A stretch of DNA of 64,000 nucleotides from a virus (taxonomy: Duplodnaviria > Caudoviricetes): the IMG/VR virus record IMGVR_UViG_3300034093_003299, positions 22,900-86,899 of that record; one strand, 5' to 3'. The translations under genes were made by a program, and so were the position numbers. The notes beneath the pieces were generated by a model. The model saw nothing but the letters and a program-made list of their open reading frames with translations. It was not told the origin of the DNA and did not search any database. Shown here one piece after another: positions 8,023 to 18,245 of the stretch. How positions within the stretch are numbered: position 1 is the first letter of the stretch; every line of letters starts with the position of its first letter.

Positions 8023-9881
8023 AAAAGAAAAAAATCCTTTATCACAGCGATTTCGCTTTATCTAAAACTGGCTTTGGTAGAAATACCAAGGCCGTTCTTT
8101 CTTATTTATATAACACAGGAAAGTACGATATAGTTTCTCTCGCAGGCGGGCTTACTAAAAACCATCCAGAATTAGAAAGGACTCCTTGGAAAAGCTATGG
8201 AAGCTATCCCGTCTCTGGCGCGGAATTAAACGATTCAAATTCTAGCACAGACAAAAGCAGGCTTTATTCTTATGGAGCCTTTGAGTTGGACAGAATTGTG
8301 GAGCTAGAAAAGCCCGATGTCTATATCGGAGTGCAAGATTTTTGGGGAATTGATTACGCGATAAATAAACCGTGGTTTAATAAGATAAATCACGCTCTTT
8401 GGATTACATTAGATTCGCTGCCTTTGCTACCATCTGCTGTGGAAGCAGCTCCTAAAATTAAAAACTATTGGGTATGGTCTAGTTTTGCTGAAAAAGAAAT
8501 GCATAAACTCGGGCACGCGCACGTTAAAACTCTGCATGGGGCTATAGATGTTTCTGATTTTAGGCCTTTCTCAGAAGATGAAAAAGCAAGCCTAAGAAAT
8601 AAAAACAAGATATCTTCTGATGATTTTATTATTGGATTTGTTTTTAGAAATCAACTCAGAAAATCTGTACCAAATTTACTTCAAGGCTTTAAGATCTTTA
8701 AAGAAAAAAATCCTGAATGTAAACCAAAGCTTTTATTGCACACTCATTGGAAAGAAGGGTGGGGAATTGAAAAGCTAAGCAAAGAAACTGGAGTTGATAT
8801 TAAAGATATATTAACTACATATATTTGTAAAAAATGCCGCAATTATCATGTAAGCTCATTTTCGGGTCACGAAACAGATTGCTCAAAATGCGGAAGTCAA
8901 TCTTCTTGCGTCACAACCTCGATTAACCTTGGCACTACAGAAAAACAATTAAATGAAATTTATAATTTAATGGATGTTTATTGCCACCCATTCACAAGTG
9001 GTGGTCAAGAAATCCCGATCCAAGAAGCGAAGTTGGCTGGACTAATTACTTTAGTCACTAATTATAGTTGCGGGGAAGAAATGTGTTGCCCTGAGGCTAA
9101 TTCTATCGCTTTAAATTGGAGCGAGTATAGAGAATTCGGAACCGAATTCATTAAAGCGTCTACTTGCCCGATTTCAATATCAGATAATTTAACTTCTGTT
9201 TTTAAGATGCCAGTTAATGAAAAAATTAAAATGGGGAAATTAGCTAGGAAATGGACTATAGATAATTTCTCTGTAGATAGTGTTGGCGGTAAAATAGAAA
9301 AATTTTTAGACTCTTGTGAATTAAAAGAGTATTCTTTAGACAAAGAACCAGGCAAATTGTGCAATCCAAATGCTTTTGTTCCAGAAATAGAAGATAGTGT
9401 GCTTTGGTTGAAGTCTTTATATTCTTTAATACTACTAAGAGACATAGCTGATGGCGATGATGGATTATTACATTGGGTTGATAAAATTAAAAATAATACT
9501 CCACGACGAACTATAGAGCAGTATTTCAGAGAGGTGGCGTACAAGGAAAACGAAAAAAATAAAAAATTTAAAATAGAAGATCTTTTTATTGACACAAAGC
9601 CAGAAGAAAGAATTTTTGTTTCTATCGATTCTTCTTTAGAGAACATTTTCTTGTCTACAAAAATCATCTCGGCAATAAAAGAAAAATATCCAGACAAAAA
9701 GATATTTGTTTCTTCCAACGAGCTTTGCCAATCTGTCTTTTCAGGAAACACTATGATTCATTCTGCTATAATTAAAACATCAGAGTTCGACGATCCGACT
9801 TTCCTTGGCGCTAATTTTTTTCAGAGTTATCGTTTAGACAACTTTTCTATAAACAATAGCCACTCTCTATTAATCAAATGA
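8016..9881 (+). CDS. Glycosyltransferase, GT-B fold (GT4-like), with Zn-ribbon insertion and extra C-terminal domain
   Basis: 621 aa. TGFGR N-terminal loop, VFRNQLRKSVPNLLQGF, and YCHPFTSGGQEIPIQEAKLAG (EGFGLP..EA-like). CKKC...CSKC insert. Confidence 0.85.
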   Translation: MVKKKKILYHSDFALSKTGFGRNTKAVLSYLYNTGKYDIVSLAGGLTKNHPELERTPWKSYGSYPVSGAELNDSNSSTDKSRLYSYGAFELDRIVELEKPDVYIGVQDFWGIDYAINKPWFNKINHALWITLDSLPLLPSAVEAAPKIKNYWVWSSFAEKEMHKLGHAHVKTLHGAIDVSDFRPFSEDEKASLRNKNKISSDDFIIGFVFRNQLRKSVPNLLQGFKIFKEKNPECKPKLLLHTHWKEGWGIEKLSKETGVDIKDILTTYICKKCRNYHVSSFSGHETDCSKCGSQSSCVTTSINLGTTEKQLNEIYNLMDVYCHPFTSGGQEIPIQEAKLAGLITLVTNYSCGEEMCCPEANSIALNWSEYREFGTEFIKASTCPISISDNLTSVFKMPVNEKIKMGKLARKWTIDNFSVDSVGGKIEKFLDSCELKEYSLDKEPGKLCNPNAFVPEIEDSVLWLKSLYSLILLRDIADGDDGLLHWVDKIKNNTPRRTIEQYFREVAYKENEKNKKFKIEDLFIDTKPEERIFVSIDSSLENIFLSTKIISAIKEKYPDKKIFVSSNELCQSVFSGNTMIHSAIIKTSEFDDPTFLGANFFQSYRLDNFSINNSHSLLIK

Positions 9882-11038
9882 ATCTTTTAAAATCTTTTTC
9901 TGTTACAACTGGGCTAGATCCTGGCAATTCATATCTATATGAGAGCCTGTATCCATTAGATTTTGATAAGTATATTGTTTTAGATACGCAGTCAACTAAT
10001 CCAAATTTTCATTATATTTTCTGGTTTAGAGTTATAGAATTGATAGAGCCAATCTTGTCTAATCATAATATAAAGATTGTTCATTTTGTCGAAGACAAGC
10101 GCTATCACTTTAATCACACTTACCTAGATAATTCTAATTCCCTTTCTCAAAGAGCTTATATTTTGAAGAAGGCTTTATTCTTTTGCGGATCTTCGAAATT
10201 GTATTCATTGATGGCTTCTGAATATTCAGTGAATCAATGCTTTATAAAGACCGACTATACTTTGGACAACGTTTTAGCAAAAGAAGATCAGATTATCCAT
10301 TCCAATACTGAAAGAAAGAATTTCTTAAACCCTACAGGAGCAAGAATAAATAATATCCGGCCAGAGGAGATAGCGAAAAAAATCCTTAAGTCTGCTCTTA
10401 ACGAAGACCACTGTTTCGATAATACCATATCTGTAGGAAAAGTTTTCTCCGCTCAGAATTTAGAAGTTATACCCGATTGCGCTTTTAAAATAAACAATAA
10501 TCTAAAAAATGAAATTGTTATCCGAATGGATTATTTGTTTTCTGAAGAAAATTTAGATCTTCTTTTGTCTTACCATTCCTGCTCGGTTGTTACCAACAAA
10601 GCAATCAGTAAAAGTTTATTAATTAAAAGATTAAATAAAATTAAAAAGATATATCTTAAAGTTGAAAAAAATTCAGATCCATCATTCATTGATATCATTG
10701 AAGAGTTAAAAATAGATTATGAAATAATTACTACTTTAAGCAGCGCTGACCTAGAAAGAGAAAAGATGAAATTCTTTGATTATAAAAAAATCAATAGGCT
10801 CAATGTCTTGGGCTTAGAATTTTTAGAAGGATTAGATAAATCAAAAATTTACTTTAAGACAAATAAAATAGTAATAAAAGGCGGGAAAACTTTTGCCAGC
10901 AAATGGCATTCCAGATCGAACATCAATAGCCCGGATGTTCGTAATTCAAGTTTCCAAATACCGCCTGTTATCGATCAGTCTTTTAAAGATGAGGCCGATT
11001 ACTTTTATTTCTTGACTAAAGAGCAATTCGAAGCATAA
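9878..11038 (+). CDS. Glycosyltransferase-like protein (degenerate GT9/heptosyltransferase-like) or GT accessory
   Basis: 386 aa coupled to the GT by an ATGA overlap. Weak GT9-type pattern (KFHYIFWFRVIELI..., KKALFFCGSS, INNIRPEEIAKKI). Confidence 0.4.
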   Translation: MNLLKSFSVTTGLDPGNSYLYESLYPLDFDKYIVLDTQSTNPNFHYIFWFRVIELIEPILSNHNIKIVHFVEDKRYHFNHTYLDNSNSLSQRAYILKKALFFCGSSKLYSLMASEYSVNQCFIKTDYTLDNVLAKEDQIIHSNTERKNFLNPTGARINNIRPEEIAKKILKSALNEDHCFDNTISVGKVFSAQNLEVIPDCAFKINNNLKNEIVIRMDYLFSEENLDLLLSYHSCSVVTNKAISKSLLIKRLNKIKKIYLKVEKNSDPSFIDIIEELKIDYEIITTLSSADLEREKMKFFDYKKINRLNVLGLEFLEGLDKSKIYFKTNKIVIKGGKTFASKWHSRSNINSPDVRNSSFQIPPVIDQSFKDEADYFYFLTKEQFEA

Positions 11039-11039
11039 T
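11012..11039 (+). promoter_or_regulatory. sigma70-like promoter TTGACT-N16-CATAAT
   Basis: TTGACT at 11012-11017 and CATAAT at 11034-11039. An in-frame ATG at 11047 follows after 7 nt. Confidence 0.55.
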
Positions 11040-11739
11040 GAATGAGATGAGTACACCTCCCAAGCTTCTCACTCGAAATGAATTCGGTCTTTTAGAAGAT
11101 CCTCCCATTCCATACGTTTTCAACGAAGATGGATACGTTAATTGGCGCAAGATGATTCGACCTGAATTTCTAGTGCCGAATAAGCAGCGCACCCAAGAAA
11201 CAGATATCACAAAGCTAGAAGACAAGGATCTTTTAATTTTGCTAGGCGGAATTAAAGAGCTTGCCCAAATCAGAGGCTTCACTTGCGTATCTTACGATGT
11301 GCCAGAAGCCGGCCCAAATTATGTTTTAGCTAGTTGTTATATAAATTGGATAGGTAACTACGAAACGGCTGATAAGGATATCTCTTTCCAATCCCTAGCA
11401 GATGCCTCGCCGGACAACACTCAAAGTTTCGCTCGTAATTATTTAGCAGCTATCGCTGAGAACAGGGCGTTCGTAAGATGCGTACGGAACTTCTTAAAGA
11501 TTAACATTGTCGGCCAAGAAGAGGTCGGAGTCAAGGTCGTAGACGACCCGACTATAGACAATCCTATGTCTCCCGCTGCGGTGCTTCAGAACATTATGAA
11601 AGAGAAAGGCATTTCTTTCGATCAAATTCAAAAGCGATTAGTCAAAGACAAGTATGAAAAAGCTGAAGAAATAACTTCTATTAATGAACTTTCTAAGCCT
11701 AAGATTTTTGAGCTTATTGAAAGAATCAAAAAAGCTTAA
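11038..11739 (+). CDS. Single-strand annealing protein (Rad52/Sak-like recombinase); probable true start ATG 11047
   Basis: 233 aa. GGIKELAQIRGF...CYINW...AIAENRAFVRCVRNFLKI resembles the Rad52-type AETRA.GRA helix. C-terminal INELSKPKIFELI module is seen in Sak/Erf proteins. Confidence 0.6.
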   Translation: MNEMSTPPKLLTRNEFGLLEDPPIPYVFNEDGYVNWRKMIRPEFLVPNKQRTQETDITKLEDKDLLILLGGIKELAQIRGFTCVSYDVPEAGPNYVLASCYINWIGNYETADKDISFQSLADASPDNTQSFARNYLAAIAENRAFVRCVRNFLKINIVGQEEVGVKVVDDPTIDNPMSPAAVLQNIMKEKGISFDQIQKRLVKDKYEKAEEITSINELSKPKIFELIERIKKA

Positions 11740-12003
11740 TTACCATTTGCCAGATGGGCAACTTTCATAGTCAGCTTTTACTTTAGCTGCTACAAAACAT
11801 CCGCATACAGTGCATCGACCTAGATTTTTGTCTAGGTCTTTGCATTTACTGCAAACATCTAACCTCTCTTGGGCTTTATTTTTTTGAGCGATAATGGGTT
11901 TTCCATTTGAAATCGCCACCCCAGCTTTCACTGCCGATCCAGCCAAGCTTTTAGACATTTTTGCTGCTTCTTTAAATAAATTACTAAAATTATCTAAACT
12001 CAT
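11740..12003 (-). CDS. Small Cys-rich (Zn-binding) phage protein, DUF6171-like
   Basis: 87 aa. ERLDVCSKC...RCTVCGCFVAAK....ESCPSGKW pattern. Confidence 0.7.
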   Translation of the reverse strand: MSLDNFSNLFKEAAKMSKSLAGSAVKAGVAISNGKPIIAQKNKAQERLDVCSKCKDLDKNLGRCTVCGCFVAAKVKADYESCPSGKW

Positions 12004-15000
12004 ATCCTTATCGTTCCAGGAAACATATTTGCGTAAGTGAAGTCTATTGATTTAGAATACGCGTCTCCGCAACTAGAATCAAAAAATACTGGTACTCCAT
12101 TTACCTGACCATCAGGCAAAGATAAAGATTGAGCTGTTGCCGGCGAAGTTGTTTCAATAGTGCCTCCAGAATCAAAAAATTGAAAATAAACATTAGAGTT
12201 AACATTTTCAATTGGATACGTCGTTCCGACAGGAACAGGGTATGAATCCCCGACATACGTTACTCCACCCGCGTCTGTAGGCGCTATATTATTAACGCAT
12301 GAAGTTGTTGATTCTGTTACTATGCCTAATAGTCTTCTTTTGAATGTTTTTAAATAACTTTCTTTAAAAGATCTCGACATTAAAGGATGAATAAATGGTT
12401 TGAATGATTGAGTGGTGGAGGAGTCTGTAGATAATTTATATGTTATATTTTGAGATAAACCCAAAGATCTCGCTACATCTGGGTAAAGGCTGGTTCTCGC
12501 AACGCTTCTAGAGCTACCAGCTGACAATAGAGAATTTATTGGCAAATATTCACTAGACCGGGCCGTCCCCCCGATTCCTAATCCTGATGCGCTAAAATTA
12601 ATTAATTTAAATCTATCTGGCTCTGAATCTTGCTCGTACCACTCGGTTACTGAATTTGTACTATCTACTGCCCAGATCATTGGCAATATAACTCTTACTT
12701 CGTTAAGATTATTTATACCCATTACCAATCTATTAAACATCTCAGCTCTTGGGGCCATGTTCGGCAGCGGACCAAATCCATACTGCCCATCTGCTCGTAC
12801 AGAAAGAGGCAATAGAGTCAACCAAGGAGGAGGCGCAAATTTACTTGCTATAAAAACAGCAGCGCTAGCATCTGGGACAACGGTCAAATTATTTAAAGAA
12901 AACAACTCTGGAACCCCTCCAGTCGCGCTCTTTTGCTCTGCTTCTGGATTCAACGATGTAGCGGTAATTGAGCTAGAATCTTTAGAGCTATTTATAGTAC
13001 TCGGGACGCTTGATTCTTCTATTTCGCTTACGCCAGCATCTGTATCTTCAGTATAGATCTCACTTTCCTGCATTGGATTTGTATACTTATCTGCGTATAG
13101 CTTGGAAATAATATTCCAAATTTCGTCTAATACTCCAATAGACGAGACGTCTTTTTCTGCTACCGAGTAAGTAACATCGTATGGCTTGACTGAATTTTCT
13201 GCTTCGGGAGTCTCTTGTGGTAAATAGTTGTTTAAATATTCATCTAATTTTGTTTTCTGCTCTACAGAGAACGAGTTTCCTCCATTCTGGTCGAGCCTCT
13301 GCTTGTCTGCGTATGCGCTTGCTAGACGTACTCCACCTTTCAGAGAAGCTTTCAGATTATCCTTATCGAAAGAGCTATTTTGAATAACTAGAACTTGTCT
13401 ATTAATATTTAAATCACTTGCGACTATTTGATAAGATTTTTTTACAAATGGAATTAAATCTGTGAAAGACTGATCTCTTTTGCTTTGAGCTGTTTTAAAT
13501 AAAGAATACCCATGTCCCGGATCAGTTATTTGTAATCCAACTATTTTTCCATATTCATTTATCGTAGCTATTCCTTCAGCTCTTTTCCCGCCAGCAGATT
13601 CTGGAGTAAAATTCGGAGGAGGTATTTCCAGAGTAGGGGCTATTAAAAATACATCATTAGGCACTGATGGCAAAAGCACTGAATTTACTGTTCCCTCTAA
13701 GATTGGGTCTTCATAAAATACATCGTAATCGCACGATAGCTTGTATAAAATTTTAAAATTAAACTCAACTAAAGCCCCCTTATCTTCTTGTCTTTTTAAT
13801 TTACTAAGCTGATCGTATTTATAGAAGCCGCTTTCTGGTAATTTTATTCCTCTTAAAAATTTACTATTTAAATCAAGATTTATTTTTTTGTCAATATCAG
13901 TTCTAATGTCAGTATCATTTGGAATATACTTATCATATGCTATATATCTCCATTCTGGGGGCATTAGCATTTTATTGAAACTATAACTCCTTGTAATCCC
14001 TCCTGAATAACAATCAACATCGTGCTTAACTACAAGCAATCTTAAATTACTGCCAGAGTTATCTCCTTCATTTATTCTATCGAATATACCCCTAACCGAC
14101 TCTATTACATCTATATTTCTTTCTATAGATAAAACGAATTTTTGATATTTCGAAAAGAATCCAAATTTTTTATTTTCTACCGCAGATATTGCTATTGGAT
14201 CCTTTGTTATAGTAATTGGCTTAGTCAAATCGATATAAGAGTTAGAGCTCTTGTATTGCAATTTTACTTTAAAATCGGTGGTGGTTATTGACACTTCATT
14301 CTGAAAAAAAGAATAATTAAAAAAGTTATCATTAATTTTCCAATATAATACAACAGAGCTATTTAATAAATTATCCTTATTAGTTATTATGCATGGGTAT
14401 ATTTCAGACACAGAAGCTGGATAAAAATATCCTTTTGTGTTTTTTTCTTGCCCTAAATAATTATATTCATAATAGAACAAAGAACTTCCGTCTTCGCCTA
14501 TAGATTTGTAGCTTCCTAAAGTTAATCCTTTATATTTATTAGTATCTAAAAAAATATGTTGATAAGAATCTTCTACAGCGACCTCTTCATTTACGTATGA
14601 CGAATTATTTGTTATTGTATATACTTCTGAAAATCTAGTAGTTATTTCGTATCTTAATGAAGCAGGATTATTAATATCTTTTATATTCGTAGATATAGAA
14701 GAGTCTGTCGGCCTTTGAGGAGAAGTGTTATCTATACTCTCGAAAGAAAGAGTTTTTTTATCTGTTAGCTGCGAATCACTATTTGCAAAGATTATCTTAA
14801 TATAAAAATCAAAATTTCCTCCTAAATTTGACCTAATTATTGATTGCTTTTTAAAATTAAAAACATACTTAGACTCTCTGCCGTTTTCGTCTTTGGATAT
14901 GTCATATTTATAAATGCCAAGATTTATTGATTTGAATTGCTCAGCATTTCTGTTTTTATAAATTAACTCTAGACCAGACAATCTTGAAATATCAAAAGCA

Positions 15001-15467
15001 TCAGTAATTAATAACGATAGCTGTATATTTACTAAATCTGATGTTTTTGGCTCTCTGGCTATTACAAAATCAGAAGCGACTTCATCTGGCAAATTTATCA
15101 CAGACGTATTTGCTGGGTCAATTATTAAGGAATCAGTAGAAGTCCCAATAGAATTGGTGGCAGTCAAAACAAACTCAGTAGAGTAAGCCCGGTCCTTATG
15201 GAATGTCATTAAAGACAAATCTTTTACATCAAAAATCTTCTTATCTCCTATCTGAGAAGGGGTAGACCCATCTTGAGGAACCGAAATCCACCTTTCAGAC
15301 AGCGTAGCGGTTAACGCATTAGACACAACTATTATAAGATCAAATTTATTTAAATTATTAAGATAACCTATAATCCGCAAGCTAACTGTTGGCGGCAAAG
15401 ATGTGCCTGGGATTTCATTGGGCCCAGCTATTGCATAGCTTTTCTTTGCTGTTATTTTTATTCCCAT
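12000..15467 (-). CDS. Large hypothetical virion (tail-tip/fibre) protein
   Basis: 1155-aa ORF coupled to both neighbours. Beta-rich, with one GIAT.....IV..ITDPGHGY repeat typical of phage tail proteins. Confidence 0.6.
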   Translation of the reverse strand: MGIKITAKKSYAIAGPNEIPGTSLPPTVSLRIIGYLNNLNKFDLIIVVSNALTATLSERWISVPQDGSTPSQIGDKKIFDVKDLSLMTFHKDRAYSTEFVLTATNSIGTSTDSLIIDPANTSVINLPDEVASDFVIAREPKTSDLVNIQLSLLITDAFDISRLSGLELIYKNRNAEQFKSINLGIYKYDISKDENGRESKYVFNFKKQSIIRSNLGGNFDFYIKIIFANSDSQLTDKKTLSFESIDNTSPQRPTDSSISTNIKDINNPASLRYEITTRFSEVYTITNNSSYVNEEVAVEDSYQHIFLDTNKYKGLTLGSYKSIGEDGSSLFYYEYNYLGQEKNTKGYFYPASVSEIYPCIITNKDNLLNSSVVLYWKINDNFFNYSFFQNEVSITTTDFKVKLQYKSSNSYIDLTKPITITKDPIAISAVENKKFGFFSKYQKFVLSIERNIDVIESVRGIFDRINEGDNSGSNLRLLVVKHDVDCYSGGITRSYSFNKMLMPPEWRYIAYDKYIPNDTDIRTDIDKKINLDLNSKFLRGIKLPESGFYKYDQLSKLKRQEDKGALVEFNFKILYKLSCDYDVFYEDPILEGTVNSVLLPSVPNDVFLIAPTLEIPPPNFTPESAGGKRAEGIATINEYGKIVGLQITDPGHGYSLFKTAQSKRDQSFTDLIPFVKKSYQIVASDLNINRQVLVIQNSSFDKDNLKASLKGGVRLASAYADKQRLDQNGGNSFSVEQKTKLDEYLNNYLPQETPEAENSVKPYDVTYSVAEKDVSSIGVLDEIWNIISKLYADKYTNPMQESEIYTEDTDAGVSEIEESSVPSTINSSKDSSSITATSLNPEAEQKSATGGVPELFSLNNLTVVPDASAAVFIASKFAPPPWLTLLPLSVRADGQYGFGPLPNMAPRAEMFNRLVMGINNLNEVRVILPMIWAVDSTNSVTEWYEQDSEPDRFKLINFSASGLGIGGTARSSEYLPINSLLSAGSSRSVARTSLYPDVARSLGLSQNITYKLSTDSSTTQSFKPFIHPLMSRSFKESYLKTFKRRLLGIVTESTTSCVNNIAPTDAGGVTYVGDSYPVPVGTTYPIENVNSNVYFQFFDSGGTIETTSPATAQSLSLPDGQVNGVPVFFDSSCGDAYSKSIDFTYANMFPGTIRI

Positions 15468-18244
15468 TAGACAATCTCCGGATCTATTATTGGTATATAC
15501 TGAGCCTGGAATACCGCGTTAGTATCATTAAATTTACTGCCATTATTTATTTTAAATTTAAAAGTATATTTGTCCACTCTTTCTGAGATTACACCTTCTA
15601 AATCATTATTCTCATCTCCTGTGGATTCTAAAATAAAAATTTCTGGCTGATAGCCCTCAGCTATGTAGCTAGAATAGTTAGAGCTAGGATTTAACACTAT
15701 ATTACCGTCAATGTCTTTGATCTGAAGAAAAGCCCAAAAATATTCTCCTTTTTTTATTCCAGCTGTTTGAGTTATTACAGTAGTTAACGTTTCGTCAGAG
15801 TATAGGATTACTTCAGCAGCGCTTATTAGCAATGGTAACAAATAATCAGGACTAGACACTTCGGTGTCTTCTATTTTTATAGGGTTAGATGCTGAGTATA
15901 AATTTCTTACCGTAGCTGAAACTCTTAATGAGGTCGCAGATTTTGGTATAGTTAAATCATTTATTTGCACAGGTCTTTGCCTTGTTGTTCCTAATAAAAA
16001 ATAAGTTTCTATATCTCTAAATCTTTCCTTTATTAAAATACTATATAAAGAATTACCATCTTGATCTATCACACGATATTCTACTTCATCGGCGTAAGTA
16101 TATTGTAGAGTAAAGCTTATTGAAGCTTTCGGGTAAGAAACCTGAACTCTAGACAAAGAAAAAGCATTACATACCGGAGAGTTTGCTTGAGATGTATTTA
16201 AAAAAGTAAATGGAAAATTAAAGGGAACCTCTCCATTTGCTAAAAAAGATAATATTATTTGATTTTTATTATCCAAAGATTCAAATAGATCTTTTTTTGA
16301 TATTGTAAAAGATGCTGTCCCGGAAGCTAAAACCATCGCATGCAAAGTCGGATCATTACCAAACTTTAAGAACATTGACGAATATTTAGTCCCCGCAAAA
16401 CTATATGTTAAAACAAACGAATAAGAACCCGTATTAGTTATATAATCTGAATATACAAAATAATTTTCTATTTGATCTTGCGATAAATCAGTAAAAGATA
16501 AAGAAGAAGACGACGCGCCGCTTTGATCATAAATTGTTTTTGTAGAGCCGCCTATTTTGACTGCTAAAGTAAAAGACGGTATAGTTATACTCCTTATCAA
16601 ATCTAATGACATTTCTCTAGAAGAATATAAAGGCCTTGTGGATCCATTAAAATCATAATAATAATTAAAAGCTTTGCAATGAAAATACCCAAATTTGCCG
16701 CTTGAACTTATTGTAGTTATTTGATTCGTGCCGTCTGCGGTGTCTGTAATATTGATAGACGAATTGGCCTCTTCATTAAATCCATATGTCAAGCGCGTGG
16801 CGTAATTAGTTTTTATTGTTATTTGATTAGCTTCCACATCTTCATCTATCGAAACTATTTGCGGCAATAAAACGTTTACTGGCACATCAATAGAATAATC
16901 AGTAGCGTCACCATCTGTTTCAGCTATTTTATAAATTTTGAATTTGAGAGTTATTGCTACTATTTTTCCAGAATCTGATAAAACTCGACCATCAGACTGC
17001 TCTTTGACACTAAAAAATTTTGATAAGTCTAATGTCTCGTTGATATAAATGATAGTAGCTGATGCCACGCTTCCGTAATCTTTAAAGATGTAATAAGAAG
17101 CCCCTTGCTCATATTTTATATATCTAAAATTATAACCCCAGACGTCTGCTTTGACTGTTGTTACAGATGAAAAATCTTTATATAAAGTCAATAAACCTAA
17201 AGCCTTTAAAGAAAAAACAGCTATTACAGTTTTAGCAGTTCCTCCGATAGGACAAATTTGTTGATCATCAAAAAGCTTTATTACTCCGCCGACGTTTACA
17301 GAAACTTGTCCAGGATTACTTGTGCAAGAGATTGTATTGTTAGCGCCTACCGTAGTGGATGATTTGCATACATTTGCATATGGATAAGTAATTTCATAAG
17401 AAACATTGTCTAAAGTTGTGTCGTTTTTAGATTCTAACTGTAGTTTTACTGACCCATGGAATGTCGATTTTGTAAGCCAAGAGTTAGAAGATACTGAAAG
17501 AATATATGGAAAAAAATAATCAGATACATCAACCGAGCATTCGGTAAGCGAAGTGTCTAAATAATATCTTTGAGTGGCTGGATCATAATAAAATTGATTA
17601 GAAAAGTCTTCTAAATAATCTGAATTTTTATCTTCAATTATTATTATACTAACATACCAAAATACAGTCTGATTGAGAGGAGAAATTTTAAAGTTAACAA
17701 CGATGCAATTACTATAGTTAATATACATATTGTTGGTTGGCACCTTGCTTATCTCATCATCAACCATGTTTATAGCCACCATCGTGGCAGAAGACCCGTC
17801 TCCAGAAGGAAGCATTTTATGATAGGCTTTATTTACTACTATCCCAACGCTGGTATTAGCTTCTACAGTAAAACCTGAGTTATCGTCCCCGAAAATATTC
17901 TCTTTGTATAAAAAATTATATCTTAACTGTGCATTTCCTATTGTATCCTTAGTGTCTAAACATTGCGAATTCTCATCTTTATATTTGCTAGAAAGATACA
18001 AGTTACTCACATCGAAAATATTTCCATCATCCTGCAATCGTATTGAACCTCCAGCGGCTCCATTACTTCCATCCCTGCCGGCTCCTCTTAGATCCAAGCT
18101 TTCTACATAAGACTGAGCGAGTCCTTTTATAAATGACTCATTATTAAAATTTTCAGATTCAATAACTACAAATTGATTTAGCAAGAATAAAGGATTCGGA
18201 ACTTCGTCTTCAAAAAAATCTGCTCTTAAATAAAAATATGACAT
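15467..18244 (-). CDS. Large hypothetical virion protein (beta-sandwich rich)
   Basis: 925-aa ORF in the tail operon with 1-nt overlap coupling. S/T/Y/V-rich. Confidence 0.6.
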   Translation of the reverse strand: MSYFYLRADFFEDEVPNPLFLLNQFVVIESENFNNESFIKGLAQSYVESLDLRGAGRDGSNGAAGGSIRLQDDGNIFDVSNLYLSSKYKDENSQCLDTKDTIGNAQLRYNFLYKENIFGDDNSGFTVEANTSVGIVVNKAYHKMLPSGDGSSATMVAINMVDDEISKVPTNNMYINYSNCIVVNFKISPLNQTVFWYVSIIIIEDKNSDYLEDFSNQFYYDPATQRYYLDTSLTECSVDVSDYFFPYILSVSSNSWLTKSTFHGSVKLQLESKNDTTLDNVSYEITYPYANVCKSSTTVGANNTISCTSNPGQVSVNVGGVIKLFDDQQICPIGGTAKTVIAVFSLKALGLLTLYKDFSSVTTVKADVWGYNFRYIKYEQGASYYIFKDYGSVASATIIYINETLDLSKFFSVKEQSDGRVLSDSGKIVAITLKFKIYKIAETDGDATDYSIDVPVNVLLPQIVSIDEDVEANQITIKTNYATRLTYGFNEEANSSINITDTADGTNQITTISSSGKFGYFHCKAFNYYYDFNGSTRPLYSSREMSLDLIRSITIPSFTLAVKIGGSTKTIYDQSGASSSSLSFTDLSQDQIENYFVYSDYITNTGSYSFVLTYSFAGTKYSSMFLKFGNDPTLHAMVLASGTASFTISKKDLFESLDNKNQIILSFLANGEVPFNFPFTFLNTSQANSPVCNAFSLSRVQVSYPKASISFTLQYTYADEVEYRVIDQDGNSLYSILIKERFRDIETYFLLGTTRQRPVQINDLTIPKSATSLRVSATVRNLYSASNPIKIEDTEVSSPDYLLPLLISAAEVILYSDETLTTVITQTAGIKKGEYFWAFLQIKDIDGNIVLNPSSNYSSYIAEGYQPEIFILESTGDENNDLEGVISERVDKYTFKFKINNGSKFNDTNAVFQAQYIPIIDPEIV

Positions 18245-18245
18245 A

